Below, in pieces: positions 22,833 to 36,465 of a stretch of DNA of 64,000 nt. Where the stretch lies: NCBI GenBank assembly GCA_003344405.1, contig NOWV01000112.1:1-64000 (forward strand). Direction: 5' to 3'. The first letter of the stretch is position 1; every line of letters begins with the position of its first letter. Origin of the DNA: Trichoplax sp. H2 (lineage: Eukaryota). Both the position numbers and the translations under genes were made by a program. Under the pieces are notes generated by a model. It was given only the letters and a program-made list of their open reading frames with translations. It ran no database searches and was not told where the DNA came from.

Positions 22833-25598
22833 TTACCTTTCACTTTTCTTAAGATGTTTGACAAAATTTACAGATCTCATGTAGCTAAGTCCTGATGCAA
22901 CCGTTGTAGCTGCAGTCGTAAACCTATTGCCCATCATGATTGATTAAAAATTAGTTCATTAGAAGTAATTAAAAAAATGCTAGAAAAAATAATAAGGCTA
23001 GTGACGAACCATAAGATCTGGAGCATAGGATGATGTATAAAGTCAAATATGGGTGCTGCTATAGACATGAATATCAGCGATAATTGTAGACCGGTATTTA
23101 GCTAGCAAGATAAGAATGGCATGATATTAAATGATATAGCATATGCCTTCAAGTTATATTTGCAAAGTCAGTAAAGGAAATTTGCTTCTAATTATAAATG
23201 ATAAGCTCCCATATTTCCAGTGAGTCGTACTATGTTGAAAAATTTGCAAAATTTTTTAAACGTACTAAACTGTACGCGTAGGTACAAGTATGCAGTAGAC
23301 ATTACCTTACTAATACCAAGCGGATGGATTTCGGCGGGAGCATGCCTTGTACTGAAAAATCGGTTGAGAGTAACCTACATTTAAAATAGATAGATATACT
23401 TTTTAAGTTATTCCAATTTACAGTAAGTACCAAAATTACACATGTATCGAGTCGCTGCGCAGTAGCAAAAATCATACAGGTGGAGGAAGTGTTTTAAATC
23501 GGTAGTAAAAAGCGTATGTCACTAATCCAATGTCTCTTGATAGAATGATTGCAGTAATTTGCCCTAGATACAGTAATAAATGGATCATTAGTAATGGATT
23601 AATGTGGCTAATTTGTTGATCAATTTTAACCTACATGGAAGTAATGAAGCAGCAGTTAGAGATACGGTTAAGGTACACATAAGAATTTTGTCAGAAACGG
23701 GGTCTAATACGGTTCCAATTAACGATTTTTGGCTAGAGTAACGCCTTGCAATCCAGCCATCCAGCTATATAGAATTAAATGAACAATGATTTACACCTTG
23801 ATAATAAATAGCGACGTAATACTGTCATTTTTATCCTCTATGTCTTCCATAAATAATAATAATTATTGCATCTACAGGTAATCAACAATACATTGCATTA
23901 ATCTATTAATACATTGTGTGTCTGAAAGGTTAACTTTCAAATGAATTCTAGACCAACCATTTGATTTTACTGTATATTATGATATCAGATATACTCCTCA
24001 TTCAATAATTGTAATACAATTACGCTTTAATTTAATAGTAATATACTGTAGCAGATTATGTTCTACTGTCGTTAGACCTATTAACTATGCTGAAATCAAC
24101 ACATTGTGTGTCTGAAACGTTAACTTATAAATGAATTCTAGGCGAAAGATTCAATGTTACTGTCTATTATGATATCAGTTATACTCCATATCCAATAATT
24201 ATAATACCATAGCGTTTTAATTCAATAGCAATATACTGTAGTAGATTATGTTATACAGTAGATAGACATGTAAAGTTTAACTCTCAATGATCTCATTCAA
24301 AGGCTAGTTGATTAGATGCAGTAATGGCTATATCTAAATTAGCACTATGTAATTGAGATCTACATCTATTCTATTTACCAAATCAGTTAGGCCAGCAGCA
24401 GTGAAAAGTATTAAAGCACTTGTGAAATGATCTTGTAGTAACAAATAGGCCAAGTATGGAGATAGGACAAGTCGTGTCATGGATAAAATATTCGGTACGG
24501 TTATAATTCGATCTCTCTATTCAAAAACAATGAAGAACGTTATTAGTCTAGTCCTAATCAAAAAAGTTACCGTTGTATCTTCTCAACGCATATTGTATTG
24601 ATATAATACATTACGGTTTAGTGTTAACATTGGCCATATTAAAGTCATCAATGACATGTTGTATGAGCTTGATGATAGGATTCAATGACACTATGTCTAT
24701 TGGCTACGGTTAGTATGTCTACACTACGAGATGCAATAGGGTAAGATGTTTACTAAAACACTTTTCAACTTACATCTATTGTAGAATTGAGTATAGTAGC
24801 CATAGGATGTTGTGTTTTAGGTGGAGGCTATTTTAAGGTTAAACGACGTGACAGTGTCGTCTAAAAAAGTACAACATGTTGTAGGTCATGATGATCCATT
24901 GCAGCAGCATAAGTTAGTACGATAGTCCTAAGCGATATTCTTTTACAGTATGCTATACGGATAGAGATTCTTGTACTCGTTGTAGTCTATTTTTTCGAAG
25001 AGAATACTACTGTATCGATTGGAAAACAATCATCTTGTCTCTTTTTGAGCGACTGGAAATGATGAGCAATCAACAGAGAATAGATCGTATTCTTCTCCAG
25101 TTATGCTTATCACCCGAGTCGAACTGATCGTAATGGATAGAGACTGCTAACAGCCTCCATGGCAGTATCTCTATCCAAGAGCACCATCATACAGTAGTGT
25201 CAATAACAAGGACCGAGATTGTATCGATAGCTCGTTTAATGTATGCAGGAAAGTACTAGTAGCGCTGCATGGCATAGGATAGTGTAGCAAAGTCTTGGAG
25301 GATGTTGAACTTACAAGTATGGCGTATCATTTGCACTTACATATCGTTCTATTGAAGATGGTTGTTCAGAAGTATAGGATCGTTTTGGTAATACAACATC
25401 TGTTAGAGAAATAGAGCGAATCATTGAAGGAGGTGGTAAAGGACGATGAGTCCATAACATTGCAAGCGATTGGCGACCAGATGTGCCATTGCTTGCGTTG
25501 CAATGAAGCCTTTTGGAAAGCAACAACGTTGTTATGCGACCTTGACGGCCAACTACATGGCCAATACTAGTCATAGGATACCGTAGAACAGGATACAT
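22833..25598 (-). CDS. CRLS1: Cardiolipin synthase (CDP-alcohol phosphatidyltransferase), 8 exons
   Basis: Exons 24516-24379 (ITVPNILSMTRLVLSP..AGLTDL), 23764-23635 (LDGWIARRYSSQKSLIGTVLDPVSDK, the CDP-AP DGxxAR..G..LD...D motif), 23563-23478 (IILSRDIGL..YYRFKTLPPP), 23374-23306, 23101-23010 and 22923-22833. Candidate 5' exons 25598-25341 (basic, Ser/Arg-rich, transit-peptide-like) and 24827-24774 are phase-compatible but less certain. Confidence 0.92.
23911..24260. repeat. Diverged two-copy tandem duplication, period about 190 bp, in a CRLS1 intron
   Basis: ACATTGTGTGTCTGAAA.GTTAACT..AAATGAATTCTAG starts at 23911 and again near 24100, with collinear similarity for about 160 bp. Confidence 0.8.
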
Positions 25599-26317
25599 GA
25601 TTAACAATCCACTTTAGAGTCTAAATAAGGTGTAATAAACTTGCAATAGTAGATTAATTGAGCTTTGATCCGCCGAGAAGGAGCGGCAATAGAGCAAGAG
25701 AGAGAAAAGGAAATGGCTTGCAGCTAGCCAATTTGGCAGTGTTTTGTATGCTTTTAGCGGAGGTCCCTCCTGCTGTTGCCTCTTTGTCCATACAATCCAT
25801 TATTGCTATCACAGATTGTATACTGTAGGCTAGATCGCTGGGTATGTTTTGCGTGATGGAAATGACTTGTTTGCTGAGAATTTGCAAAGGGATAGAAAAT
25901 GCTGGTCAGAACGTTCAAAACGTGCTGATCGACTCTTTTACTGGTCATTTGAAGTAGAGTCGATCACTGCAACGCTACATTACCCTATTGACGATGGCCA
26001 AAACTGTCATGTCGTAGTCATCTAAATGAGCAGGTTGGTTTTGCCAAGGATTACGAGAAGAAGACTTTCTTCTTCTTCTAGTAGTCCATGGCTAGGATGA
26101 AGAGCTATTTCAGTCCTTGTGGATTGTATGAATAAGCTCATAGCACTAGTTATTGTGTGTGCTCCGTTGTTTACTTGCAAGCTATCATTGCATATCCTCC
26201 ATCTTGCTGCATGCAGAACATTTTAAGATCGAGTTCTACTCGTATCATGTTTTATTTGCACAGTAGGCATCGTGGATGCAAAATATCATCATTCACCTCG
26301 GCTTTTTCTGATCCTAT

Positions 26318-27070
26318 CGGATATCAACATGAATACTAGCAAATTCGATCAAGGCTTACTATCGACAGGTTTTAGCGAGTTTGTCTAGCTCAGAACGGAT
26401 AGGCCAATGGCATGATGCCATGGGAGATGAGCAGCATTCTTTGAGCTTGTTATGAGTAACATTCACATACTGTACACAATTTGTGTTCGCTTCAAATCAA
26501 TACCAGCAATCATAGACTACTCTTCTTGTAGTAATCCATGCTACACTACAAGGATATCAACGTGAGTATCGGCAAATTGGATCGAGCTTTACTATCGACA
26601 GGTTTCAGCAACTTGGCCTAGCTCACAATGGACAATTGGACATGCCCTTAGAGATGAGCAACATGATGTACACAATTTGTGTTCCACTCCAAATCAATAC
26701 CTACAATCATGGACTACAAGGATATCAATATGAATATCGGCAAATTCGATCAAAGCTTACTTTCGACAGCTTTCAGTAATTTTGTCTAGCTCAGAATGGA
26801 CAATTGGACATGCCCTTAGAGATGAGCAACATGACGTACACAACTTGTGTTCCACTCCAAATCAATGCCAGCAATCATGGACTACTAGAAGAAGAGCTAG
26901 AAGTCTTCTTCTGGTAGTCCATGCTGCGCTACAAGGATATCAATTTGAACATCAGCAAATAGCATCAAGGTTTATTCTTGACAGGTTTCAGCAATTTGGT
27001 CTAGCTCAGAATGGCCATTCCGAGTATGCACCTGAGAAAGGTTCGGTTATCAATGCCTACAATCATGGAC
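26318..27070. repeat. Degenerate tandem repeat (about 4 units of 170-230 bp) in the CRLS1/GNPNAT1 divergent intergenic region
   Basis: Recurring GGATATCAA..TGA...GCAAAT, CTAGCTCAGAATGGACAATTGGACATGCCCTTAGAGATGAGCAACATGA and TCCACTCCAAATCAAT blocks. Confidence 0.85.
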
Positions 27071-27674
27071 CACTTGAAGAAGGTTTGGCCTTCCTCGAGC
27101 AGTCCATGCTATACTACAGTAGTGAAGAAAGAGAGGGGCTGTCATCTATTTTCCTAACGCAAAGTATCGATGCCGTTGATCGGACTATTTGGCAGGCCAT
27201 TGGAAGCAGATTGTCCATCTCCACAGCTGCAGCTGTGGCAAGTTGGTTGCGCCAGCTGGCGGGCCTACAGCTGCACTCACGATACTATGTCATGAACTTG
27301 CCGCAGTATAGTATACTACACTATAGAGCGTTGAGTAGATTGTCCTTGCTGGTCAATAGGTCCAACATTTGCCAATCAATGCTTTAAGAATGGATTTTCG
27401 ACGTGGATAATCATCAGGAATTACTCTATTCCTTGCAGGAGTCCTTGCTGCAGTCGCTGATAGGCATAGACTAGCAGAATATTCTAGTTGTGTGTGCGAT
27501 GGGTTGGATAGATAGTAGTGTGTTCTGCTCATGTCGATGTGATCTATGTCTATGTATGGAGAATCGGTTGTGTATCGCGGTAATAACGACACGTCGACGA
27601 CCATAGGCTAAGAGTCAATCGATCATCCCCTCCCCTCCCCCATTTGATTACGCAATTGATTCAAGTTGGCCATC

Positions 27675-30600
27675 ATGGCGGACGAGGTAAGCATCCCTAA
27701 TTATAATTGATTGCTTGTACAAGACTAAAATAGGTAGACAACAACGATCAGAGGGTTTATTTTCTTCTTGGCTAGTGAGTGGATAGGCAGTTGGTGTAGT
27801 ATGATGATACTAAACTGTCGATCGAGAGACGATCATCGAATGGAAGCACGATAGTCTACATTACGATCAGCCTACAATCAAATGATTTTAGTCTACAGCT
27901 GCAGTAGTTGAACTAGGGATGATGAAGAATTGATTTTAGTGTAATAGGATCAGTAGGCTCTTTTTGGCTAGCGAGTGAATTGATGGATAACAGTGGATAG
28001 ACAGTTAGTGTAGTTTGATGATACTAAACAGTCGATCATCGAATGGAAGCACGATAGTCTACATTGCGATCAGCTTACAATCAAATGATTTTAGTCTACA
28101 GCTGCAGTAGTTGAACTAGGGATGATGAAGAATTGATTTTGGTGTAATAGGATCAGTAGGCTCTTGTTGGCTAGTGAGTGGATTGATGGATAACAGTGGA
28201 TAGACAGTTAGTGTACTATGATGATACTAAACAGTCGATCATCGAATGGAAGCACGATAGTCTACATTGCGATCAGCTTTCAATCAAATGATTTTAGTCT
28301 ACAGTAGTTGAACTGGGGATGATGAAGAATTGATTTTACTGCAATAAAATCAATGGGGGCTTATTCTCTTCTTGGTTAGTGAGTGGATTGATGGATAACA
28401 GTGGATAGACAGTTAGTGTACTATGATGATACTAAACAGTCGATCATCGAATGGAAGCACGATAGTCGACATTGCCATCAGCCTACAATCAAATGATTTT
28501 AGACTACAGTAGTTGAACTTGGATGATGAAGAATTGATTTTACTGCAATTGGACAGTTACTACTTGAAATCAGTAGGGATCAGGGTAAAGATAGGGTTAT
28601 CGAGGTACAGTCTGAAAAAAGTAAAGGCCACTTCTCGGTAGATCAAACATAACATGCTCATCGAACTTTGTTGAAAATCAAAGGGACAATTTTTACTTAT
28701 GCTTGATCAAATTTTAACCAGGATGCAATTCATTTTTGACATAGTAACGATCTTATGAAGCTCTGTAAGACCATAGATACTGTAGGTTGTACGATTACAT
28801 CGATTCTGACTGGCCGATGATGGGCTTTGTACATGTTATGGATTCGATCTTTCCAATCAGTTTCTGTCAAATATTATCAGCAATATTGTGCTATGTTTTA
28901 GTAGAAAGGAGATCGGACGATATTCTTCTACCCTTACGTCCTATGAAGGACTTGCTTTAAATAGGGTAGAAATAATGAAAGAATTCGCTTGCATATGTAT
29001 AGTCTTGACTACCCTGCATACAATGTAGAGGTTATTGCTTCTACTCATTACTAAACGACTTTCCAACAGCTTTAGGACTATTACGATCGATCAGAAAGGT
29101 CTTCTACTGTAGATGCATCATTCAATTCGCTTACTGACGTGCACAATCTCAATCATACCGTGTACATTGTAGACATGATTGCTTTCATTAATTTCAATCA
29201 ACGACCTTCTACCAGCTAGCTCTAGCACTGTTGTAATAGATCCCCAAAAGGTTGTAAACTGATGCTAAAGGCGTGATTACTCGGATTGGATTTTTCACTC
29301 CCAACATTTTCTAATATAGTTGCTGCAACAATGTTATGATAGACTCAAGAGATCGCAATCCAGATCTCCACATGTTGTCATTCGTATTAGTTTCATATGC
29401 ATTTACTGTATACGTAAAAGTTGATAATGCAATCATCATTCTACGCATAGGATAATCCAATGACAAAAACGCTACTACGAGCTATCATTCCAAGTAAATT
29501 ACATCATACCCTAAAGAGGTTCGATTTGAGCCATTGAATCTCCTACTTTAGTAGCGATGTACAATATTTTAAAATACTCTACTGTAGTCAATTTTACTCG
29601 TATAAAATGATAGACGATGACTCTCATTGATCTAAAATAATTTTCCAACGACGTCCTTATTGGTATACTGTAGGTTGTGAAATGGACAATCTTTTCAATT
29701 GAATGAATATACTGGAATTAAAAATTAGAGCAACATTGTATAGCATAGAATTAGATTAGCCATTAGCCCATTATCCAATAGATAGAACTGGAAATACTAT
29801 ACGGCAGTCCAATTTTATACAATTAATTATGGACGATAACTTTTATTTATCGAAACTAATTTTCTAACCAAGTCCATATTCGTGTAGGCTGTAAAATGGA
29901 TCGTCTTTTAAATTTATTGTTTGTAATTAAGAATAAAGTAAAGCTGTATAGAATTAGATCAGATATTATGCAATGAATACAGCTTGCTAATTAGTGTTGA
30001 TAATTTTATTATTATTAACATTTTGGATATACAGTAGTATGCCACGTCATCAAGCGAGTATACCAGACCATTAGGTTGGCATAGTTGAAATCTGTCTATT
30101 TAGGCCATCCATTCAATCAATTGATTTCCTTCATGCGTCCAATTTCATATTAAGAATGTTAACTCTATTCTTTCTTTATGACATTATATACAGTACATAG
30201 ATGGATAGTTTTAATTTGTAATCCTTTACAAATTAATACTAAATGAATCCTCTGATGTAAACTTTTCAACTATAGTTTGCAGGATTAATGAATCAATTCA
30301 ATAATGATATGTATAGAGTCAAAAGTAAAAATATAGCTGACGTCAATCCTACTCTCTTCATTATTGATATTGTTACCACCACCATGTTCCGTCTACAAAT
30401 TGGTTGACAGTGTGATAGTGACTATTAATCCACATCGGTGCAACTAATTCTATAAGCCTTTTTGCCTGCTAATTTAATTTAAAATATAGGCATAGAGCTT
30501 AGCGTGACAGTTTAAACCAAAACTATTGGAGCAATTGTTGGTGTAAACACTAGTTACTGCATTTGATGTATGAGTATATGCAGGTGCATCTGATATGGTA

Positions 30601-32205
30601 GATTAATCATTTCAGATTGTTGTTATTGTAATATAGTAATGATGTATTGAAACCTCAAAAGACTTGCTTATGGACGGTATTTAGGCAAAGTTGATTATAG
30701 GATGATATTGTTTTACTAGAGTAGCCATTGATGAATACAAACATCTAAAAAGATATATAATGAAAACGACAGACTTAATTTACCGTTTCTACAAGTAGAT
30801 AAATAACCGTGATTCAGTTCATCAAGTAGAATACCATCGAGATTATTGCAACAACTTCAAGAAGTATTCGTTGATCTATCCTATGTTACTATACGCGTAT
30901 ACGATGTATAAATAAGTCGTATAGATAGGTTTTAACTGTATTAGAAACTAGAGTATTCTATCGAGGGAGATATACAATATATCATAGTATCATGAAAGTA
31001 AAACATTCTAGAATATTATCTTGGTATAATTGCTAAAAAGAGCTGGGATTGTTGAATGAAGTAATGTCAATTCTTAACATCAGTAATGGACAACACCGAA
31101 ATACACGTAATAAAAGTAAAATACCAAACAATCGCTTACCTCGAGATTACATTGCTTGTACTTAAATTATTCCTTTATCCTTTTCTCATCGTAGTCATCG
31201 ACAACTGCTTTATATGATTGCAAGCTATTAGCTGACTTGGATTTCGGTACACTCAATTTAAAATTACCTTCAGGATCTTCACCTTTAAATCCTTCTCCTT
31301 CGTTGGTTGTACGGCCCCTGCAGAGAGATGACTTTGATAAAGGTTGAATAAATTGAATCATTTCAAGATGTAGATTTTAACCTGAGTGTAGAAAATAAAT
31401 GAAAGATTTCGTTTACTTCTAATAATTTAATTTTTTGTACCGTAGGTTATTTACAACTTTTATCCAATTTAACTGAAGTTGGTGATGTAACAAAAGAAAT
31501 GTTTTACAGTATGTCTAAATTATAGCCGCTCACGTAGAGTAATTTTGATCATTTTTGTTTTATTAGAAGGAAATAATACAACTTTCTATCTTCTAATCTT
31601 TGATCATTTATTCTTGCAATCAGAACGCTTTGATCACATGAAATCTTGGCAAAACAGCCATTTTGTGACAGTGATTGAGGATACTTCTACCGGCAAGATT
31701 ATAGGAAATACTACTCTGGTTATAGAGCAAAAATTTATTCATTGTGCAACATATGTTAGTATTATTATTATTGTTTACAGAATAGCATTGACTTGTTGCG
31801 ATATAGTGTCGTGATTTTAATACTGTAACAAATTTTTTGCAGAGAGGTAGAATAGAAGATGTTATAGTCGATGATGCGTATCGTGGTAAACAGTTGGCAA
31901 AAATGTAAGTACCATCCTCTCTTATTTTATGCTGTGTAGCTATTGTAATGGACAAGTAGACATATCAAAGCTTTAGTTTCATTTGATATAATTTCTATTA
32001 TTACTAATTTATTTATATACTATATCGGCAATGTTTAATAATAAACAGTTTAGTTGGCAGCATGGTTCTTCTAAGTGAAAAGGTGGATTGCTACAAGTTG
32101 ACACTAGAATGCACCGAAGATTATATGCCATTCTATCAGAAATTTGGACTAGCAACGAACCAGAGTCGTTACATGCAAAAAAAATTTTTTGATGTCAAAT
32201 CTTGA
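27675..32205 (+). CDS. GNPNAT1: Glucosamine-6-phosphate N-acetyltransferase (GNAT family), 6 exons
   Basis: Micro first exon MADE (27675-27686, donor GTAAGC; less certain), then 31195-31342 (LVVRPLQRDDFDKG), 31446-31508 (YLQLLSNLTEVG), 31624-31754 (VTVIED..TLVIEQKFIH), 31843-31904 (RGRIEDVIVDDAYRGKQLAK) and 32049-32205 (CYKLTLEC..FYQKFG). Confidence 0.93.
27769..28550. repeat. About 200-bp tandem repeat, 4 copies, in GNPNAT1 intron 1
   Basis: Units start near 27769, 27965, 28168 and 28372. They share GATCATCGAATGGAAGCACGATAGTCTACATT and GGATGATGAAGAATTGATTTT. Confidence 0.92.
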
Positions 32206-35029
32206 TCCTTGAAACATTCGTTTATTGCTTTAGCTAGATCAAACTCTTATTTTGCTATTATGTCGACTGTTCCAGTGGATTACTTTATTTAGGCTTTTAA
32301 TTCCAGATATTCAACGAGGCTAGCAATTGTCTTGTGTTGATATTTCGATTTTAGTGTGTTTATTCAAATCAACGGATAGAATATAAAGTCGGATTAGGAT
32401 CTCTGCTTATAACAGCGCAACAATATTATGAATATGAATATGAACAAGTTTGTTATTCAATATGGTGTTGAAAATAATGTAATTGGACGTTATGTATCTA
32501 CATAAACCATAATTTATTCTTATAATTATGGTGATGACTACGAAGGAATAATATTCTATCATGTTACAACTGACCTTGACATACCCTTGACATTTTGTTT
32601 ACGTACCATGCACTGTTTGCAATTGTACGTGCAATATTTCAAAGGTATTTTAATATAATCTAAACTTGATTAATCTCAAACCAATTGAATTTAGAATATG
32701 AATACAATCACTTAATTAAAAATCAATATTGAAAAACTAGAATTGATATCTGCTCCAAGAACTAGCTCGTAATTTTTTCACGCAAATTCAAGAATGACCA
32801 TGCTAATTTTAAGGGGGATTGTCTCTCATTTATCCTTTGATTATTTTATAAAACAGTGAAGGTCGCACAGTATCATGCTTCCGAGGTTGAGGTAGATCGT
32901 TTACTTTATTTGAAAGACTAATAGGACTGAAATTACTCTTATTTTAAGAGAAGGTGTTGGTCATATTTTTTAACTAGCTTGAGTTCAGTGGTATTTACAC
33001 CGTTTTTTTTATTTTTTGCATATCATTTCTACGATAAACTTACACAATTAACATTTTATGAGATCGTAGTGTGCAATAATATCATTTGACTTCATTATTT
33101 TTATCGTTTCTGTTGTAGATATTATTCTGATATACATATAAGGGTCATTAATACTATATTCTACGAAATGCTGCCTGATTAAAATGAGCTATCCATATTT
33201 ATTTGTAACGATTTACTAAATAGCATATTGACAGGTACAATGTATACACTGTATCTACTTTGTTTATCAATTACTGGAAAAGTAAGTAATAGCTTGTGTA
33301 CAGTAGGATAAGTAAGTAAACAAGATAAACAGGGGTTATATTATTTATTTTTTTCTTTAAATTATTATCACACAAATTTGGAATTACTCACCCATCATGT
33401 TGATAAATTATTCTGATATCAAGCTACACCTAGATAATGATAATATTCGATATTTAGCATACCTTGTAATTTTTCATTTCGAAATTGTTCGTTTAAATTG
33501 ATGATGGTATAATTTTCATTTTATGACCAACTTTATGATTAAATTAATTAGAATACTGGGCTGACAATAATTCAAGTTTATTTTGAATCAGATCGGGCAG
33601 AATTAGCAATCATAATTTTTTAAACTGCTGTCCATAAAACTATAGTGAGAGAGACTGATACTGTGAAACGGTATATTAGAGCTAAATTTAAACAAATAAA
33701 GGTGTAAAACTAGTGCTACTGTAGACAGTACTCCGAGATCCAGCTGTAAACTACTTAGAAATAGGCTTCTAAGGTGTACGCATCAAATGATGTAAAATGA
33801 TGGTAGGGGACTTGATAAAATAACCCAATCAGGTTACAATTCTTATTATAGTAAATAGGACAAGTTATAGCTAATTTTCAAGCCATGTAAAAAAGAGATT
33901 GAAGAACGTTGGATATGGCTATTTTTTAATTCAAACTGATCGTTTCTTTCTATGATAGGAAATGATGCTGATAAAATATTGATAGAAAAACTAATACCAG
34001 ACTAATCATTCCTTGCACTAAAAAAAACAGTTTACAAGACGTATAGTAATAATTAATTAATAATAATAAAACTTTAGACCAACAGGTTTAATCTTTCATT
34101 TCTACTATAAGAAATGATGTCCAATATGGATAGAAAGACTTCTAGACTCAAAAGTTATAGCACGGTAGGTTAATAATCCTTTCTACTGAGAGAAACGATA
34201 TCGAGATTATAACAAACTGTAATTAATAACGACGAGACTAGAATACAGCAAGCTAATCGTTCATTGCTATCGTAAGAAATGATATCAAGGATGCATCATA
34301 TTAATGCAAAAGATTTGATGCACAGCAGGTTTTGACTATGTGAATATTATTATGCACATGGATGATCTATTTCAAATGATTTTTGAACGATTTAGGTCAA
34401 ACTAGAGTAGATAATTATTTAATTTGATCCTTTCTTCCTAACATGGAAACGTATGAAAAGTTAATAACATTTGCAAGCAAACAATAGGTTTTGGTGAGGT
34501 ATATTACACTCATGGTTAGGTTAGTTTAATTTTGAATAGATTTATGTTTCTCAGTCGATTTTTTTGCTATAAGAGATTGGAATGCTTAGCATTCTATTCA
34601 ATGGTGCCTCAAGTTTAATTTCCAGTTTTAAGAAATTATCCATATCAAGATAGAACGAAGATATTTTGATCACGTCTCTTTACAGTATTACTGGCAGTAA
34701 AAGTATCTCCAAGAAATTTGGATTCTAAGTATGCTATGCAATGGTGGCTGAATTTGAATTTCTATTCTTAAAGTGTCGTCCATGTCAAGAGAGAATGAGA
34801 ATATTTCAATTTTGTTTCTCCATTACAGGTCACTAAAGTATCTATGGCAGTATTGATGGATAGCCTGCATAGGCTTTGATTGATCTTGCCTTAAGAATCA
34901 TCGAACGCCAGTTGCAGACTTGCAGTTATTTTGTTTTTACCATGACGACAAGATAGAATCATTCTCATTGGATAAGTATGGATAAGATTGAAATCAAAAT
35001 CGACATACGAAGGAAATATACGCCTTAGC

Positions 35030-35357
35030 AATGATAAACTTATGTTATTATCAATAAGTATACGATCAATAATAATATATATATAATGAACTATCTATTT
35101 CAATTTAGATAATACCAATAATAGAATAGCCTATTGCAGTTATGTCAATAAGGTATAAAATAGTCCTGACCTGTAATCCAAATGAACGTAGAAAGGAAAT
35201 GGATGCCATCGCCATTTCAATTCCTTGACGATAATAAAGTTATGTTATTACCAATAAGAATGGATGGATAATCTATTATCCATTTTAATTAAAATAATAC
35301 CACAATATTATAGCCTATTGCAGTTGTGTCAATAAAGTATAAAATAGTCATGACCTA
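35030..35357. repeat. Two-copy diverged tandem duplication (about 190-200 bp period)
   Basis: TTATGTTATTA.CAATAAG and TAGCCTATTGCAGTT.TGTCAATAA.GTATAAAATAGTC.TGACCT each occur twice. Confidence 0.75.
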
Positions 35358-36465
35358 TCAAGTCCTATCCAATTGGAGTACAACTCCTCCCATCTTGCTC
35401 AATCCCATGGACTCCATTGTCATTTCCAAGTTGAATTATCCTCCTGCTGTAGTGATTGTATCCCCATGATGGAAGCTAAAAGAAGAAGAATATATGATGA
35501 TGATGATAATGAATAGAAAAGGATTGGATCCTATTTACTGTATGACTTGTTTTCATCAGCGGGGGAAAAAATTATTTGTACGTGAAAAAAATATCCATCT
35601 CTATTCTTCCATGGTTATTATTTGCTTAGTATACAAGTACAAATAATTAAATGGCAATTTCCTTGGCATTATCCAACTGTCTTGAGAGAACAGTGAGATG
35701 AAAAGGTTGGTTTACCATTCCATTGAACATCAGCAATAGAGTTAGAATGCAATCAATTTAATTCTATCTTCCATTTTGACTCTCTTGACAATATCCATGA
35801 AGGCTATTCTCCATTGCTCAATCTCAATCTGCAATTCCATATTCATCATCACCTTGGGTCAAGGATAAAGCGAGAGATTGCTCCATGACTGTCCATGTTC
35901 AAAAAAATAAAAAAATCAATCTATGCATGTCTGTCTCTTGCTCTCTCATTCCAGATTAAAAGATGAATTGGATTGATTGTCAAGATGGTTGGAAATTCTA
36001 ACCAAGGAATAAGTTAACGCCTTCGTCTTCTTGCCAGCGGGTTACTTAACGTAGTAGCGCTAGTATTTGTTTTAATTATTCATGAGTCAATCATGACTAT
36101 TGCCGATATTGTTATCATGCATTCATTAGGTTAATTAATGGATTGAATTCTTTTCAATTTTTTCCTCCTATCCTTGCATTGATTTTATTATTCTATACCC
36201 ATCCGATATTACCACGTCCAAGTTCATCCAGTGCATATTCAATATCGTCCAACATTGCCTATCCTTCAAAATACTTGTTGCTTAAAACGTCTTGATTGAG
36301 CAACCATTGCATACATCGATTGGATTGGTTTCTTTCATTCCTGCCTACAAATTGGATAGTCCTGTTTAATTAGTGGTTGAGATCCATCTCTTTGGCCGGT
36401 CATTTCTTAGTATTTTTCTTTCTTTTTTTTCCCTCCACTTCAAGCGATTGAAATTGCCATTCAAG

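Noticed and set aside
26782..27387. 201-aa ORF
   Set aside because: It begins with a non-ATG codon inside a tandem repeat in a divergent promoter region and has no recognisable domain.
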